64,000 bases of DNA, taken from Squalus acanthias. Its lineage: Eukaryota. The stretch spans positions 6,076,001 through 6,140,000 of the forward strand of contig CM059433.1 of assembly GCA_030390025.1 (NCBI GenBank), read 5' to 3'. The notes under the pieces are model-generated. The model ran no database searches. It was given only the letters and a program-made list of their open reading frames with translations, and had not been told where the DNA came from. Positions within the stretch are counted from its first letter, which is position 1; each line of letters begins with the position of its first letter. This document shows positions 35,688 through 49,271 of this stretch, piece after piece. The translations under genes were made by a program, and so were the position numbers.

Positions 35688-37385
35688 ATATTTGTATCGG
35701 TGTTTACTAAGGAGGTGGGTGCTGACAAAATATCGGTAGAAGTGTAAAAGGTAGAAGCAATGGAAGGGGTGAAAATTGATAGACAGGATGTACTAGAAAG
35801 GTTGGGTATGCTTAGAGTCGCCTGGTCCAGATAGCTTGCATCCCAGGTTGCTAAGGGAATTGGGGGAGGAGATAGCGGAAGGGCTTGCCATAATTTTCCA
35901 ATCTTCCCTAGATTCGGGGGAGGTGCCTGAGGATTGGAAAGTGGCAAATGTGACACCATTGTTCAAGAAAGGGTGCAAGGACAATCCTAGTAACTACAGG
36001 CCGATCAGTTTAACATCAGTGGTGGGTAAAGTTTTAGAAACAATAATCAAGGAAAAAATTAGCAGGCATTTGGAGAGATTTAAGCTAATTAAGGAAAGCC
36101 AACACGGGTTTGTAAAAGGAAAATCATGTTTGACTAATCTAATTGAATTTTTTGATGAAGTAACAGAGAGGATTGAAGAAGGGAATGCAATGGATGTTGT
36201 CTACATGGATTTTCAGAAGGTGTTTGACAAAGTATCACATAGAAGGCTGGTTAACAAAATTGAGTCTCATGGAATAGGTGGGTCAGTGACAGCTTGGATA
36301 AGGAATTGGCTTAAGGACAGAAAACAGTGAGTTGTGGTAAATGGCTGTTTTTCAGACTGGAGGATGGTAGACAGTGGTGTTCCCCAAGGGTCAGTGCTGG
36401 GGCCACTGCTTTTTTTGATATATATATATAAATGACCTGGATATTGGAATACAGAGCAGAATTTCTAAATTTGCCGATGACACCAAACTTGGGGGGTGTG
36501 GCAAACAGTGATGATGATATCAATCGACTGCAACAGGACATAGAAAGGCTAGCAGAATGGGCAGACAAGTGGCAGATGGAATTTAATACAGAGAAGTGTG
36601 AAGTGATGCATTTTGGCAGAAGGAACAGGGGGAGGCAATATACACTTACTGGCACAGTTTTAAAGAGTGCAGGGACAGAGGGACCTGGGAGTTAATGTGC
36701 ATAGGTCCCTGAAGGTGGCAGGACATATTGAGAAAGTGGTTAACAAAGCATATGGGATCTTGGGCTTCATAAATAGAGGTATTGAGTACAAAAGTAGAGA
36801 AGTTCTGCTGAATCTTTATAAAGCGCTGGTTAGGCCACAACTGGAGTATTGCGTCCAGTTCTGGTCACCACACTTTAGGAAGGATGTGAAGGCCCTTGAG
36901 AGGGTGCAGAGGAGATTAACCAGAATGGTTCCGGGGATGGGGGATCTTAGCTACAAGGACAGGTTGGAGAAGCTGGATTTGTTTTCATTAGAGCAAAGGA
37001 GGTTGAGGGGTGATTTGATAGAGGTGTACAAGATTATGACGGGTTTGGATAGGCTAGACAGGGAAAGGCTGTTCCCACTAGTTAATGGTACAAGGACTCG
37101 GGGACACAGATTTAAGGTTTTGGACAAGAGACACAGGGGGATGTGAGGAAAAACTTTTTTACGCAGCGAGTGGTGATGACCTGGAACTCGCTGCCGCCAG
37201 AAGTGGTGGAAACGGAGACACTCAATGTTTATAAGGGGAGACTGGATAGGCACTTGAGGGAAATAAACTTGCAGGGCTACGGGGATAGAGCGGGGGAATG
37301 GGACTGACTGGATTGCTCTGCAGAGAGCCGGCACGGACTCGATGGGCCGAATGGCCTCCTTCTGTGCCGTTATGACTCTATGACT
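35688..37385 (+). mobile_element. CR1 LINE, 5'-truncated, RT domain with frameshifts
   Basis: VPEDWKVANVTPLFKKG, NYRPISLTS, QHGF, LYKALVRPQLEYCVQFW; tail TATGACTCTATGACT. Confidence 0.93.
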
Positions 37386-39061
37386 GTATTTGTAACTTCT
37401 AAAAAAAGGGAAACAAGTGATTAAGGTGTTTATTTCATTCCTTTCAAGTTATACCTTCACTGTCTAATGGAAGTCAATACTCTATCACCCTGATGGACAT
37501 GGATTTCCATGAGTAATCGATGCTCACAGTATTCTTAGTCAGTAACATTAGGTGGGTCAAAGTTACATCTTGTCTGACTTCAGAGCATGCCACCCCTGGC
37601 CTAGCCAAAGAGCAACAGCACCGGAACAATTACAATTAGCTGAACTATCTGATCACTTCATTGTAGGAACGTGGCATGAACATGAGTGAATATTATGTGG
37701 GTGTGGAACAAATAGGTGAAACAAGGTGCACACTGAACAAAAAGAATGAAAGGATGCTGTGATCATTCTTGCCTCGTCCTATCAACTCAGTGGCAATAAT
37801 CCAATGATGCATGGCTGAACAAAGACACAAGGGACCCTGTGTCCAAGGTAAATTATAAATGGAGAATTACAAACTATGGAACAATGGTCCAGTTATTCGG
37901 ATGTAATGTTTATCAGTCACTGTTAAACCACTTTTCAAGGAAACTTGGTGTTGCAATGGGTTAGTTCAATGTACTTTCACCTCTGGCACCCTAATTTGCA
38001 TCTAGCCTACAGCAATATGTTGAAAGCTTCCTCTCTCTGATAGCTGCAGTGGACTACACAGCACAAAAGTTGTTTAGAATTTGTTACTGACCAGTGGCTC
38101 TCTTGTGGTGCTGCACACGGTAAATCACAGAAGGCGCTATGTCATAAGGAAATTAGCATTATACCATGTAATTCACACTATACTATTCTGTTGCTAAAGC
38201 CACAAGGTCTAATTACTGTAAATAAGGACCCTCCTGAGGTCAATTACAGGCTAATTCCCCTTAGGCATATCCCGAGGTTAATTAGGAGGCCTTTGGCAAG
38301 TGGTTGTAAATCCAAGTTCCTCCCCAAGTCAGAAACGACAGCGTGAAACAACTGAGTGTCTTCCTCTATTTTTAAAGATTGTTTTGCATCGATAACAAAA
38401 TGTGATGTCTAAAGCATCACGGACTGAAAACATGAGTAGATTTCCCGTGGTATTCCTAATGATAAGTCAAAAAATATGTTGTTTGATAATAGGGTGTTAT
38501 GTCCCATGATATTATCAGGGCCACTAATTTATGGTTACTGATTAAGTGAAATTTTATTTTTATTATGTATGTTCTTGGATTTTTACCCATGTTTTGGGCA
38601 TCAAATTCTGTGATTCTATACATTTTCCTGTGAAAACTGTGTATCAGTGGTCTTTAATGCGTTGGCTGTAGGTAGGTGCCAGATGTGCAGCAGCATTGCA
38701 GAAGTGGGGAGTACTGCCATTCATGAGTACTGGGGAAGAAGGTCATGAGATCCAGCAACACAGAGAGTGGGAGATTCCTGGGGTTTGGGGAAGGGCGGGG
38801 TGGTGCAGTTTGATAGGAGTGGGGTGGTGGTGCTGGAGCTTCGAAGCACTATGCTGATATTTTTCAGGACTGGAGGGGTCTTGGAGTTGAGGAGTACAGG
38901 GTTCCTTGGGCTTTGGGAATGTGGGTGGGGGCGGGGAGGGTTTGGCAGAACTGAGAGGAAGGGTTGTGTGGCTTAGCGACACTAGGTGGAGGGTTCCTGA
39001 GGTTCTTGGGGTTTGGGTTGAGCGATGCAATTTGGTAGAAATGGCAGGGGTGGGGGGCTTA

Positions 39062-40863
39062 GGCCACGATTTTGCCTACTGAGGCGGGTCCAGGGCGGCC
39101 AGGGTCAGTAGCCTGGTCCCAGCCCGCTCTGTTGAAGTGATTTTATGCTGATTTGGCTTGTTAAGCCCACCCTGCGAGGTTCCCGGCCAATTAAAAGGAA
39201 GCGGGTCTGATGACGTCACTTGATGATGCGTCATCAGCTGGTTTCCTTAAAGGGGCCATGTCCAAATTTACTTTTTGACAGTTGTGCTGTCAGTGTTCTA
39301 CAGCATTGAGGTGCTGCAAACACTGACAAGCACTGCACAAAGGTGCATGGCTGCACCCAGGCTCTCCCATGACTCCCTCCATATGCTTATGGAGGGAGTC
39401 ACAGCATGCAGGGAGGTTCTCTTCCCTTCCAATGGGCAGAAGAGACCTCCCCAGGAGACCAATGCAGCCTGTTTGCACATTGCACAGGAGGGCACAAGCA
39501 GGGATGTCATCAGGAGGACCAGGCTGCAGTGGCGCGAACCTTTCAATGATCTCAGTAGATCACGAAACGTTACTGCCAAGCCACACTCAACTTCATCCTG
39601 CTGTGCAACTCATCACATCCCCATCACTCTGCCTTCCCTACCCTACTCCTGCACATCCTTACTCACACCAACTTACCTTGGACCTCCACCCATCCCTCTC
39701 TATCTACATTATCACATCCCAATCTCACTAACCACACCTCACACTCACCCTCATCCTAGTGCAATCATACCAACTAACAACACACAAGGGTAGGCACTTG
39801 AGTGTTTTAGCCAATGTTCATGTGAAGTTTCTGTTAATGTCTTGGCAAACATTTAAATCTTTATTTTCAACACTTTGCCTTCTTAGACAGATTTGTGTGC
39901 ACCTTTGGAAGTGGCTTAGTGAGTTGCAGTGAATGGTGAGACATAATGATCCTCCACCACCATCCCCCCCCCCCCCGCCCCCCCCCCCCCCCGCAATGGT
40001 GATGAGTGTGAAAGGAATCACTTGGGCATTGTAGGAATGCTTTATGGTGTGTGGTGGTGCCAACCTGGTGCATCATGTGGCAGCCAGGGTGTGCAGCGTC
40101 AAGTGAAGTAAATCTGGCCATGGTGAGGCCATCGCTGGTGTCCTGGGCAGCAATGTGGTCGGGTGCTGATGCCCTGTGTCCAGTGCAGCATCAGTTGATT
40201 GTGGAGAAGGTTGGTGTTGATGTTGGTGCTGCTGGTGTGCCTGGTGCTGCTGGTGTTGGGGCTGATCATGGTGGGATTCTGAGGACCAAGGTGAGATAGT
40301 TTCAAGGGCGCCGATGCTGATGGAATAGATGGCAGGTGAACATGAGATGGCAGAAGTGATCTGTCAATGGTGAGAGAGGTTGTTCCAATGAGGTGACACT
40401 GGATAGAGAGTTTGCTCCAAACACTTGCAAGCTGCATAAAGCTCAATCTGTCTTCCAAATACAGTAAGCAACAGCTTCTTACCTTGGAAAGTGAAGACCT
40501 ATGAAATGGGAGCTTTTATAGATCATTTGCAGCTGTCAAGTTAGTAAATCATCCCATGCTGACACAACACCCGACCTCCTTACCTGACGTGATCCCCGAG
40601 CAGCGGGGAAGCTGTTGGCGAACTCTCAAAATCTGAAGTAAGCTTAAAATACTATTTAATTAGTTTTAACAACCTAACTAATGATTTAAATTGCCACCCC
40701 TGCCGCTTGGTGTCGGGTCTGTTCAGCGCTGACAGACCCGACACCTGGGAGACTCGCGTGGAGGCAGGTTGACAGCGGAGTCCCGACCCGCTGTCAATCA
40801 TTTCAAATTTCACAGCTGACCCGCCTCCGATCCCGTCCTCTCAGCGCCGGTAAAATTCCGGCC
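39062..40863 (+). mobile_element. Harbinger derivative retaining promoter and Myb-like exon 1
   Basis: Ends GGCCACGATTTT / AAAATTCCGGCC, flanks TTA/TTC. CCAAT-TGACGTCA-TTAAA precede MAAPRLSHDSLHMLMEGV...FNDLSRS. Confidence 0.8.
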
Positions 40864-41152
40864 TTCGAGTCTGGAAGCATCCTACAGGACCCAGCATTGG
40901 TAAGGGTTCCAGAATTTGGGTGCATAAGGGATCGCAAGGTCTGCAAGCATTGGGACGAAAGGGTCTCCAAGTATGGGAGTAGTGGGGAGGATATTTCCAG
41001 GGTATAGGGGCATTGGGATGTTCTAGGAAAGTGGAGCACTGGTGGGAGGTTGGTGTATGGGAGCTTTGTGAGTGATGTCTTAGGGCTTGGTAGTGGTGAG
41101 AGGGGACTCTCAGGGTCAGAAAGCATTGGGGAATAGGCTCTTAAGTCTGAGA

Positions 41153-41610
41153 GCCATCCAGGACAAAGCAGTCCACTTGATTGGCACCCCATCCACCACC
41201 TTAAACATTCACTCCCTCCACCACCGGCGCACCGTGGCTGCAGTGTGTACCATCTACAAGATGCACTGCAGCAACTCGCCAAGGCTTCTTCGGCAGCACC
41301 TCCCAAACCCGCGACCTCTACCACCTAGAAGGACAAGGGCAGCAGGCGCATGAGAACACCACCACCTCCCAGTTCCCCTCCAAGTCTCACACCATCCTGA
41401 CTTGGAAGTATATCGCTGATATTCATCGTTGTTGGATCAAAATCCTGGAACTCCCTCCCTAACAGCACTGTGGGAGCACCTTCACCTCACGGACTGCAGC
41501 GGTTCAAGAAGGCGGCTCACCACCACCTTCTCAAGGGCAATTAGGGTTGGGCAATAAATGCTGGCCTTGCCAGTGACGCCCACATCCCATAAATGAATTT
41601 TAAAAAAGCA
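41153..41610 (+). mobile_element. LINE 3' end (same family as 7640-8180)
   Basis: IQDKAVHLIGTPSTTLNIHSLHHRRTVAAVCTIYKMHC; tail GGGCAATAAATGCTGGCC...poly-A. Confidence 0.82.
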
Positions 41611-42641
41611 CTAGGAGGGGTTGGCCTGTGGTCTGGGTATAGAAAGGTAATCTTGGCATGCATGAGATTGAGGGAGCGGGATCCCAAAATCCACAAGGAC
41701 TTGGGAGAAGAAGCTTGGACCATTGCAGGGGCAGAGTCTGGCAGTATTAAAGGGGCAGAGCTGGAATATGTTGGCATTGAGGGGGAGAAAGCCCAAGAGA
41801 ATGTGCCTGTCCTCCCCTGGTCCTTTTTGGGCTTTCAGCCACCCTCCCACTATTTTTTCTGATACTCACCCTCCTTCCAAAGCAAGCTAATGAGTCTGCC
41901 ACCATGATTTGGGATGGAGTTTTGGGATGCATACACGAGGCAGGCGGAAAATCCGCTCCACCCGAGATCAACCCTCAGGAGGCTGCCACAGGAACAGCAA
42001 ATTCACTTCAGGTTTCTGATTCCATCTCCTTACATTCAGATTTCTGAGTGAACTTTGTTTATAAATGTCAGTTTGTATTCGGTTTGGGCAGCATACTGAA
42101 TTACAAATCCATGAACTGAACCCTTTCTGATTTATCCTCAAATACTTACATTTGGCCCACCTTGGGCTTGGCTCTGCCTGTTCCTTAAAAGCAATATGAA
42201 TTAATATGTACGGATAGATAAAATATCATTTATAACTTCATTGTCGTTCCACTAGTTCTTCATTAGTGTGGCGAGTGATGGGCTGGCACTTAATTAAAAG
42301 CACTTCTAGAATCCAAATTGATCCACATTCCAGTTCAGAGCCGTTTGAGCTTGACACCACCTCTGTTTATTCTCTGCTAATCTGCCTCGGTGGGGTATAG
42401 TCGATGCAGTTTATACACAGGATTATGGGGGTCTGGTTGCTGTTGTACACAATTTGGTGAAATTATTTTTAAAATTAGCACCTGGTGTTTCATGAATTGT
42501 CACATATCATTGCATCAATTATTTTCCACAGCTGGTGACAATAATACTTTCCTAAAGCACATTATAAATAAAGTGAAATTAGTTGCCCGTCTATTTTCAA
42601 GTTACGAAAATCTGATTTTCTGACAGGACTACAGTACTCAC

Positions 42642-42735
42642 ATACTGTTGTTTCTTGTCTGCACTTAGTCGTGTCATTTCCTCCTTCTCGGCATGCAATT
42701 CCTCTTCACTGTAGCTAAATTCACGTACTATAAAT
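42642..42735 (-). CDS. ATP6V1C2: V-ATPase subunit C exon ([31 protein letters not shown])
   Basis: Acceptor gtgctag, donor gtgagt, 94 nt. Confidence 0.95.
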
Positions 42736-43941
42736 CTAGCACAGAACATTATTTTTTAAAACTCTTGCTGCTATTTGTATTTGAATTCACTTAAGAATTT
42801 AATCGCCAAAGGAACTGAGGGTAGATTTTCATCTCCACCACCTGGGCAGTAATCCAGCAGAGCAGGTCGTCCACCCATTATAGAACCCAGCCGATTGTCA
42901 TTCTATTGAAATGACTGGAATAAAAGTCAGGCAGCTTATATAATTGGGTGGGCAATCCACTTCGTCAAATTACCACCCAAGTAGTGAAGATAAAAATCTG
43001 CCCTGTTGTCTTTTTAAAGAAGGTATCTCTGGAAACTCTGTAAGCATTGAGTTCCTCAATGTTTTTGTTTCTGAGAAGTCTTAACTGACAGGGCTTCTTC
43101 ATGGAGTCCTCCGTCTTAAGCAGTTTGTGCAGAGCGGATACACTGGGGTGAGCTCTGCCAAGGGAATCCCTTTTTAATGAGTCTGTTCCACAGAATCAGT
43201 ATTTCCTTTCCAAGTCTCACAGGTCCTGGCTGAGTTTCCCCTTCCGCCTCCACCACCCCCCCCCTCCCCCCCCCAAGTCTATTGACTAATGTCACCTCAG
43301 CATATCCACCCCAGACAGATGACCTGAGACAAAGGTTTCAAGGGTTCCATGGAGGCACCTTGTAAATTAAGATTTCTAAAATAAAATGAAATGGGGGCAA
43401 AATTATTTACTACCACGAAAGAACTATATGGACAAGTCTCTATTAATAATGTTGCTTGCACATGGGTATCTTCTTGTTTAAAGCAAAACATACACTTATT
43501 AAAAATGTTTTTTACTGTAAACTTAGCTTAAAAAAGTTAATTAACAATTTTTATAGTAGATATTGTACAATAGCAAATACTATATTGAAGGTCCTTATTC
43601 TGCACTATTCATGTGCCAATACTCATCAAAGTACAGTGGCAAGACAGTATACACCACAGAAAGACCGATATCGTTTTTTGTGTCGTATCAGAGTTGTACA
43701 TTTAATTTTGATATTCCTGATCCATTCCTTTGTTGACTGTGTCCCTCCCCCCCACGCCCAGTATAGTGTAATTACTGTTGCTACAAGACTAAAAATTAAA
43801 GTATTCCCTTCGTGCTGCTCCTTTTTAATGCCTCTTGCTCAAACAAATCATTCATTAAGTGAAACTACAACTGTCATCTTTTCATCTACTATTTTCTGAC
43901 ATGTGGCACAGTCCCTTATAGCATATACACAAGGGAGGACT

Positions 43942-44665
43942 ATTAGTGCAGCCTTTGGTTGCCTGAGGAAGAGAGTGTTTGAAGACCAGGACCTCAAACC
44001 TGGCACTAAGCTCATGGTCTACAGAGCAGCAGGGATACCCGCCCTCCTGTGTGCCTCAGAAACATGGACCATGTACAGCAGGCACCTCAAAGCACTGGAG
44101 AGGTACCACCAACGCTGCCTCCGCAAGATCCTGCAAATCCATTGGCAGGATAGGCGCACCAATGTCAGTGTTCTCGTTCAGGCCAACATCCCCAGCATCG
44201 AAGCTTTGACCACGCTCGATCAGCTCCGATGGACGGGTCACATTGTCCGCATGCCCGATACGAGACTCCCAAAACAAGCGCTCAACTCGGAGCTCCGGCA
44301 TGGCAAGAGAGCCCCAAGTGGGAAGAAGAAACACTTCAAGGACACCCTCAAAGCCTCCTTGAAAAAGTGTAACATCCCCACCGACACCTGGGAATCCCTG
44401 GCCCAAGACAGCACAAAGTGGAGGAGAAGCATTCGGGAAGGCGCCGAACACCTCGAGTCTCTTTGCAAGCGGAAGCCAAGCGCAGGCAGCGCAAGGAGCG
44501 CACGTCAACTCAAGCACCCCACCCAACCGCCCCTTCAACCACTGTCTGCCCCACCTGTGACAGAGACTGTAGGTCCCGCATTGGACTCATCAGTCACCTG
44601 AGAACTCATTTTTAATGTGGAAGCAAGTCATCCTCGGTTCCGAGGGACTGCCTAAGAGAGAGAGA
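43942..44665 (+). mobile_element. RTE-clade LINE 3' fragment
   Basis: SAAFGCLRKRVF, TKLMVYRA, ASETWT, YHQRCLRKIL, QLRWTGHIVRM, C-terminal CPTC..C.SRIGLISHLRTH zinc finger, and CGAGGGACTGCC(TAAGAGA) tail. Confidence 0.88.
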
Positions 44666-44715
44666 TTAGAGGTGATTTTATTTTTTTTATGATTTTTTTT
44701 TTTGGTCTTGCGTGA

Positions 44716-44875
44716 CTTGATTCTTAACTGCCCTCTGAAATGGCCCAGCGAGCCACTCAGTTGTATTCAAGAAGGCGGCTCACCACCAACCTTCTCGAGG
44801 GCAATTAGGGATGGACAATAAACACCGGCCTTGCCGGCGACGCCCACATCCCTGTGAATGATTAAAACAAAAAAC
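44716..44875 (+). mobile_element. SINE-like fragment: LINE 5' head segment fused to LINE 3' tail
   Basis: TTGATTCTTAACTGCCCTCTG..AGCCACTCAGTTG (cf. 26174-26218) joined directly to TTCAAGAAGGCGGCTCACCACC...tail (cf. 41503-41600). Confidence 0.65.
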
Positions 44876-45195
44876 TTACAAGGTGAATGAAAATGCTGCT
44901 TTACTAGGCTCCTAGAAGATGCTTCTTTCTGAATATGGGAAAGAAATTGTTCCTCATTTTTTGGAATGGACATTACCAGTACGCAGAACATACAGTGCAT
45001 TAACCACTGAGGCATCAGAGGAGTCAAAAAAATCCTCACTGAATAAACTAAGTGACTGATGGAAGTGAAAATCAATCCCTTAGTATTTTCAGTCACAAAT
45101 TTATAATTCAGTCATTTATTCCAATTTGAAATACTAAAGGCAGAAGAATCAAATTTTGATTGATAAAAACTATTTAAAACACTTTCAAAACTTAC

Positions 45196-45288
45196 TTGTT
45201 TTCTCTGGCTCTGATTTTGAATTCATCCACAGTTTTCTTGAAGAGGGTTACTGTAAAGAGAGCTCCCTCTGTATCTTCAATGATCATT
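45196..45288 (-). CDS. ATP6V1C2: V-ATPase subunit C exon (MIIEDTEGALFTVTLFKKTVDEFKIRARENK)
   Basis: Acceptor gcacag, donor gtaagt, 93 nt. Confidence 0.95.
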
Positions 45289-45496
45289 CTGTGCATCAGA
45301 AAGCTTTTGATTTTAGTTCAAAGAAACCTCCAGTTAACAGATTCAGAATTTTTTTTTTTAAAGAGCACATAGATAATTGGTAGGGAGTTTGCCAGCGCTG
45401 ATGGAAAATCCAACACCATTTAAGATCCGCGTTTTATTCAGCTAAGTGAAATTGCAACATTGAATTTTTAAATGCCTTCAGGGTGGGTTTGAACAT

Positions 45497-45692
45497 TAGA
45501 ACATAAGAAATAGGAGCAGGAGTCGGCCATTTGGCCCCTCGAGCCTGCTCCGCCATTCAGTAAGATCATGGCTGATCTGATCTTGGCCTCAACTCCACTT
45601 CCCTGCCCGCTCCCCATAACCCTTGACTCCCTTATCGTTCAAAAATCTGTCAATCTCCACCTTAAATATATTCAATGACCCAGCCTCCACAG
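45497..45692 (-). mobile_element. CR1 3' end
   Basis: Reverse complement of the CR1 ORF2 end and 3'UTR. Confidence 0.85.
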
Positions 45693-46192
45693 CACTCTTT
45701 GAGCACTGTCAGCATCCATTGTAGCTGCCAGTGATGTATAACGTAAATCCATCTGTGCAACAGGTTCATTTTGGGAGGTAAGGCTTAGTATTTATTTTCA
45801 GGAAATTCATCGCAGTGTCTGACTGGAGTCAAGCTCCACTGAAAACAGATGTCCAGGTCTCATTAACAAATGGGTTCTTGGGAGTTAAAATCACATTTAG
45901 TCATCTGGATAGGCCCATCTTCCTCATCTGTATCAACAGTAGCACCCCCCACCCCCCGCTCCCCCCCCAGAAAACACAAACATTTAGTTACGGATAAATA
46001 GTACGTCAGCTCTTTGAAGACTGGTCCATTCGCCCTCTTCGCCAAGCAGTGGCAAAGTTCAAACCGCATGCACTTAAGGAGATGGCAACATCAAACACAT
46101 GAAATATTGCTATTTACCAGTTACTACCACTTGTGTGCTTCCAGCTACCACTCTGTGTGCTTTATCTAAATCTTTCTTTTCCTCCCCTATAT

Positions 46193-46553
46193 TCAGGGCT
46201 TGACAGGGTAGATGCAGGGAGGATGTTTCCCCTGGCTGGGGAGTCTAGAACCAGGGGTCACAGTCTCAGAATAAGGGGTCGGCCATTTAGGACGGAGATG
46301 AGGAGAAATTTCTTCACTCAGAGGGTGGTGAATCTTTGGAATTCTCTGCCCCAGAGGGCTGTGGAGGCTCAGTCATTGAGTATATTCAAGACAGAGATCG
46401 ATAGATTTTTGAATATTCAGGGAATTAAGGGATATGGGAATAGTGCAGGAAAGTGGAGTTGAGGTCGATGATCAGCCATGATCTTATTGAATGGCGGAGC
46501 AGGCTCGAGGGGCCAAATGGCCCACTCCTGCTCCTATTTCTTATGTTCTTATA
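46193..46553 (+). mobile_element. CR1 3' end (near-identical to 18141-18500)
   Basis: GLDRVDAGRMFPLAGESRTRGHSLRIRG...; tail TTCTTATGTTCTTAT. Confidence 0.9.
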
Positions 46554-46646
46554 TTTACATACCCACAGATGATACACCATTGCCTAAATTTTATGAAGGT
46601 AAAATTCAATATAATGCAACGTTTGTCCAACTTAACCATAAATATT

Positions 46647-47401
46647 GGCCCAGATCTTGCTGTAGCAGGGCATCAAGCAACTTCTGCTGTTAGTGAGGCT
46701 TGTTTGTGCACGCTTAGGTTTTAACATTTTTTGCGTGGCAAGTTGCTGAAAGTGTGAGATGACAATGTTGCAGCGAGGGAAACAGGGCATCTGGGACCTG
46801 AGTGAGCTGGGCAAGCAACTGTGTATCTCCATAACCAATCAGATTGAAGGACTGAGAAATAAGCAGCGCAAGGACTGAGAAGGAAGTGTAAACTAGAGTG
46901 AGTGAATTCAATGTCAAATCTGGTGCAGAAAGAGAAATAATGGGGAGGGAAAGAAAGATAGGATTAAGAGAGAGACAGAAAGGAAAAATTAAAAAAAAAT
47001 TTAAATCTCCAACAGTACCTGAAGAACTGAGACTCCACACTTGTAATAGTTAATTTTCAGGGCCAGAGAGGTTGATTAGCAGTAATTAATAATTATCACA
47101 TTGTTAAAAGGCTGCTTATGCTTGTAATGACAAGACTTAACTTTCTGTGGCGAGTTTAGTTCGTATCTACCGCGCAAATACAGCAGCTTCACGCCATTCA
47201 ATTCATTTCAATGGCAGGGGAGATGGTGAGATGTCGTTTTCATGAAGCTAACGGTGGAGTGGCACAACTCTGACAGCAACATTTGGATATTGGCATTTAA
47301 CCGCGCTCCTGCCCCTCGCCTGAAGTTGCTGAACCATTCACGCATAAATAACAGCGACGCCATTAGCCTCACCGTTTTATTCTGACAGTGAAATCTAGCC
47401 C
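46647..47401. mobile_element. Older Harbinger-type non-autonomous element
   Basis: Ends GGCCCAGATCTT / AAATCTAGCCC, internal CCAAT and inverted GCAACTTC...GAAGTTGC. TSD not clean. Confidence 0.55.
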
Positions 47402-48269
47402 AACATCTTTAATTTGAGGAAATTAAAACAACTGACTTTTGGAATATTCATTGAAGGTTGGCTTTAACAGAGGATGCGCCGAACGAGTAAAAATCGAAAG
47501 GTTGCCCCGTTAATTATAACCATCAGAAATGTTTTATTGATACAGACAAAACACTGCACATACATCCAACTTGTTGGAATTTTCCCTTCATTCATAATGC
47601 ATGAAAGGAAAATTCCATTACTCAGTGCCTAACCGAGTTCGAAAGTGCACATTATAATGCAGCTTCCAAAGTTAATTATTCCTCCTGTATAGTGCCATCA
47701 GCATGCAGAAATAAGTCACATTTTGTGAAACACTTTCAGGTAGAGTGTTCTTTGATTATATTTGTTCACAAAATGTAATATTTTTAATCAAACTAAACGA
47801 TTACAAGCAGATTCCTTATTAATTATAGGGGGAAAAAAAGATGGAGAGTGGCACCAAATGCCATTTACAGCTCGGGCCAAGATTTTTCTCTCAGTAATCT
47901 TCAACTGATTACCATCAATGGCAAATCTCTTTACCTCACATGCTGACAATTCTTCAACCCCTAGCAATGACGAGCAGACTAAAATATTTGAATGGCTGCT
48001 TGGCGGTGTGCTGGTAGCATTTAGATCAGAAATTAAGTCACAATTAAGGAGAGGGACAAATGCTTAGCGCCAATGGTTAGTAGCAGCTGAGTTTCACTTT
48101 AATTATCAAATTTTATTCCTTTTGCTTTCCCCTCTTCTCTAAATGTTGTTTGAACACATGATTGTTTGCCCATCCAGGGCGAGATTCCATTGATGTTGAA
48201 GAGACATGGGGCTTTTATAAAAATAGACAGATCTGCAGAGCAGTGTCATTGATATTTGTATCACTGATA

Positions 48270-49184
48270 GACCTCGATTTTAACCCCTCCCCCTCTCCCA
48301 TCAAAGCGTGTGAGCGGGTCGGGGGTGGGGTTAAAATATCAGGATCGGGAAACCCGACCCCATTGCGGCCCCTTTAAATTTTAAACTATTTGAATCAGAG
48401 TTGGACGAGGTTCCCACAAAAGGCAGGCGGGGGCCTAGTTAACATACCAAACTCATGGCCTGGTGACATCATCGCTGCCGTGACGTAAATTTAACAGAAA
48501 GTGAGTGGGAGGCCCCAGCTGTGGGATTCCAGGCAACCGATCCGAGGTGGGCACTGCCGGCTCCCGAGCTGAGTGGCTCTTTCAGCACCCCCTGTGGGCC
48601 AGGAGGAACGGGAGTGCAGCCCCCCAAACTGGAGCCTTTGGCCTCCCCCAGCGCTGATCGCCAGCCTTCCCCCCTCCCCCCACCCCCCCAATCTCCACCC
48701 CTGCCCCCCAATTGCCGACTTCCCTCCCCCTCCTGATCGGCAACCGGAGCTTCCTTCCCAGTGCCTCTACGACCCCACCCCACCGCACCCCACCCTGCTC
48801 CACCTCACCCCGCCGACGTCCTCTCCGCCCCCGCCCCATCCCACCCCACCCCACCGACATCCTCTCCACCGACGTCCTCTCCGCCCCCGCCGACGTCCTC
48901 TCCGCCCCCGCCGACGACCTCTCCGCCCCCGCCAACGTCCTCCCCAGCCCTCCATGATGTCCACCTGCCCTCCCTCCCTCCTCTCCGCTCCCGGCTGCCA
49001 CTTGATGCCGCAGGCCTTCCCGCCCGTCCACCTGCCAGACAGCCTCCCAATCCAGAGTCAAAAATTTTAAATGAGGTCCTATGGTTAAGTTCGGCAGGAC
49101 TTCCGGCAAACCCGTATTTCCGGGATTCCTGGCCGCTACACCTCCCTCCCACTCGCTCCCCACCTCCCCATAAATATCGGGGCC
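48270..49184. mobile_element. Harbinger-type non-autonomous element with internal 21-bp tandem repeat
   Basis: Ends GACCTCGATTTT / AATATCGGGGCC, flanks ATA/ACA. CGCCGACGTCCTCTCCGCCCC repeats at ~48810-48945. Confidence 0.7.
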
Positions 49185-49271
49185 ACAGCTTCACACAATA
49201 GCACATCAGAGATTGGAACTGAATGTAGGATTGAACCTGCATCCCAACACTCTGTGCAGACATAGCTTAAT

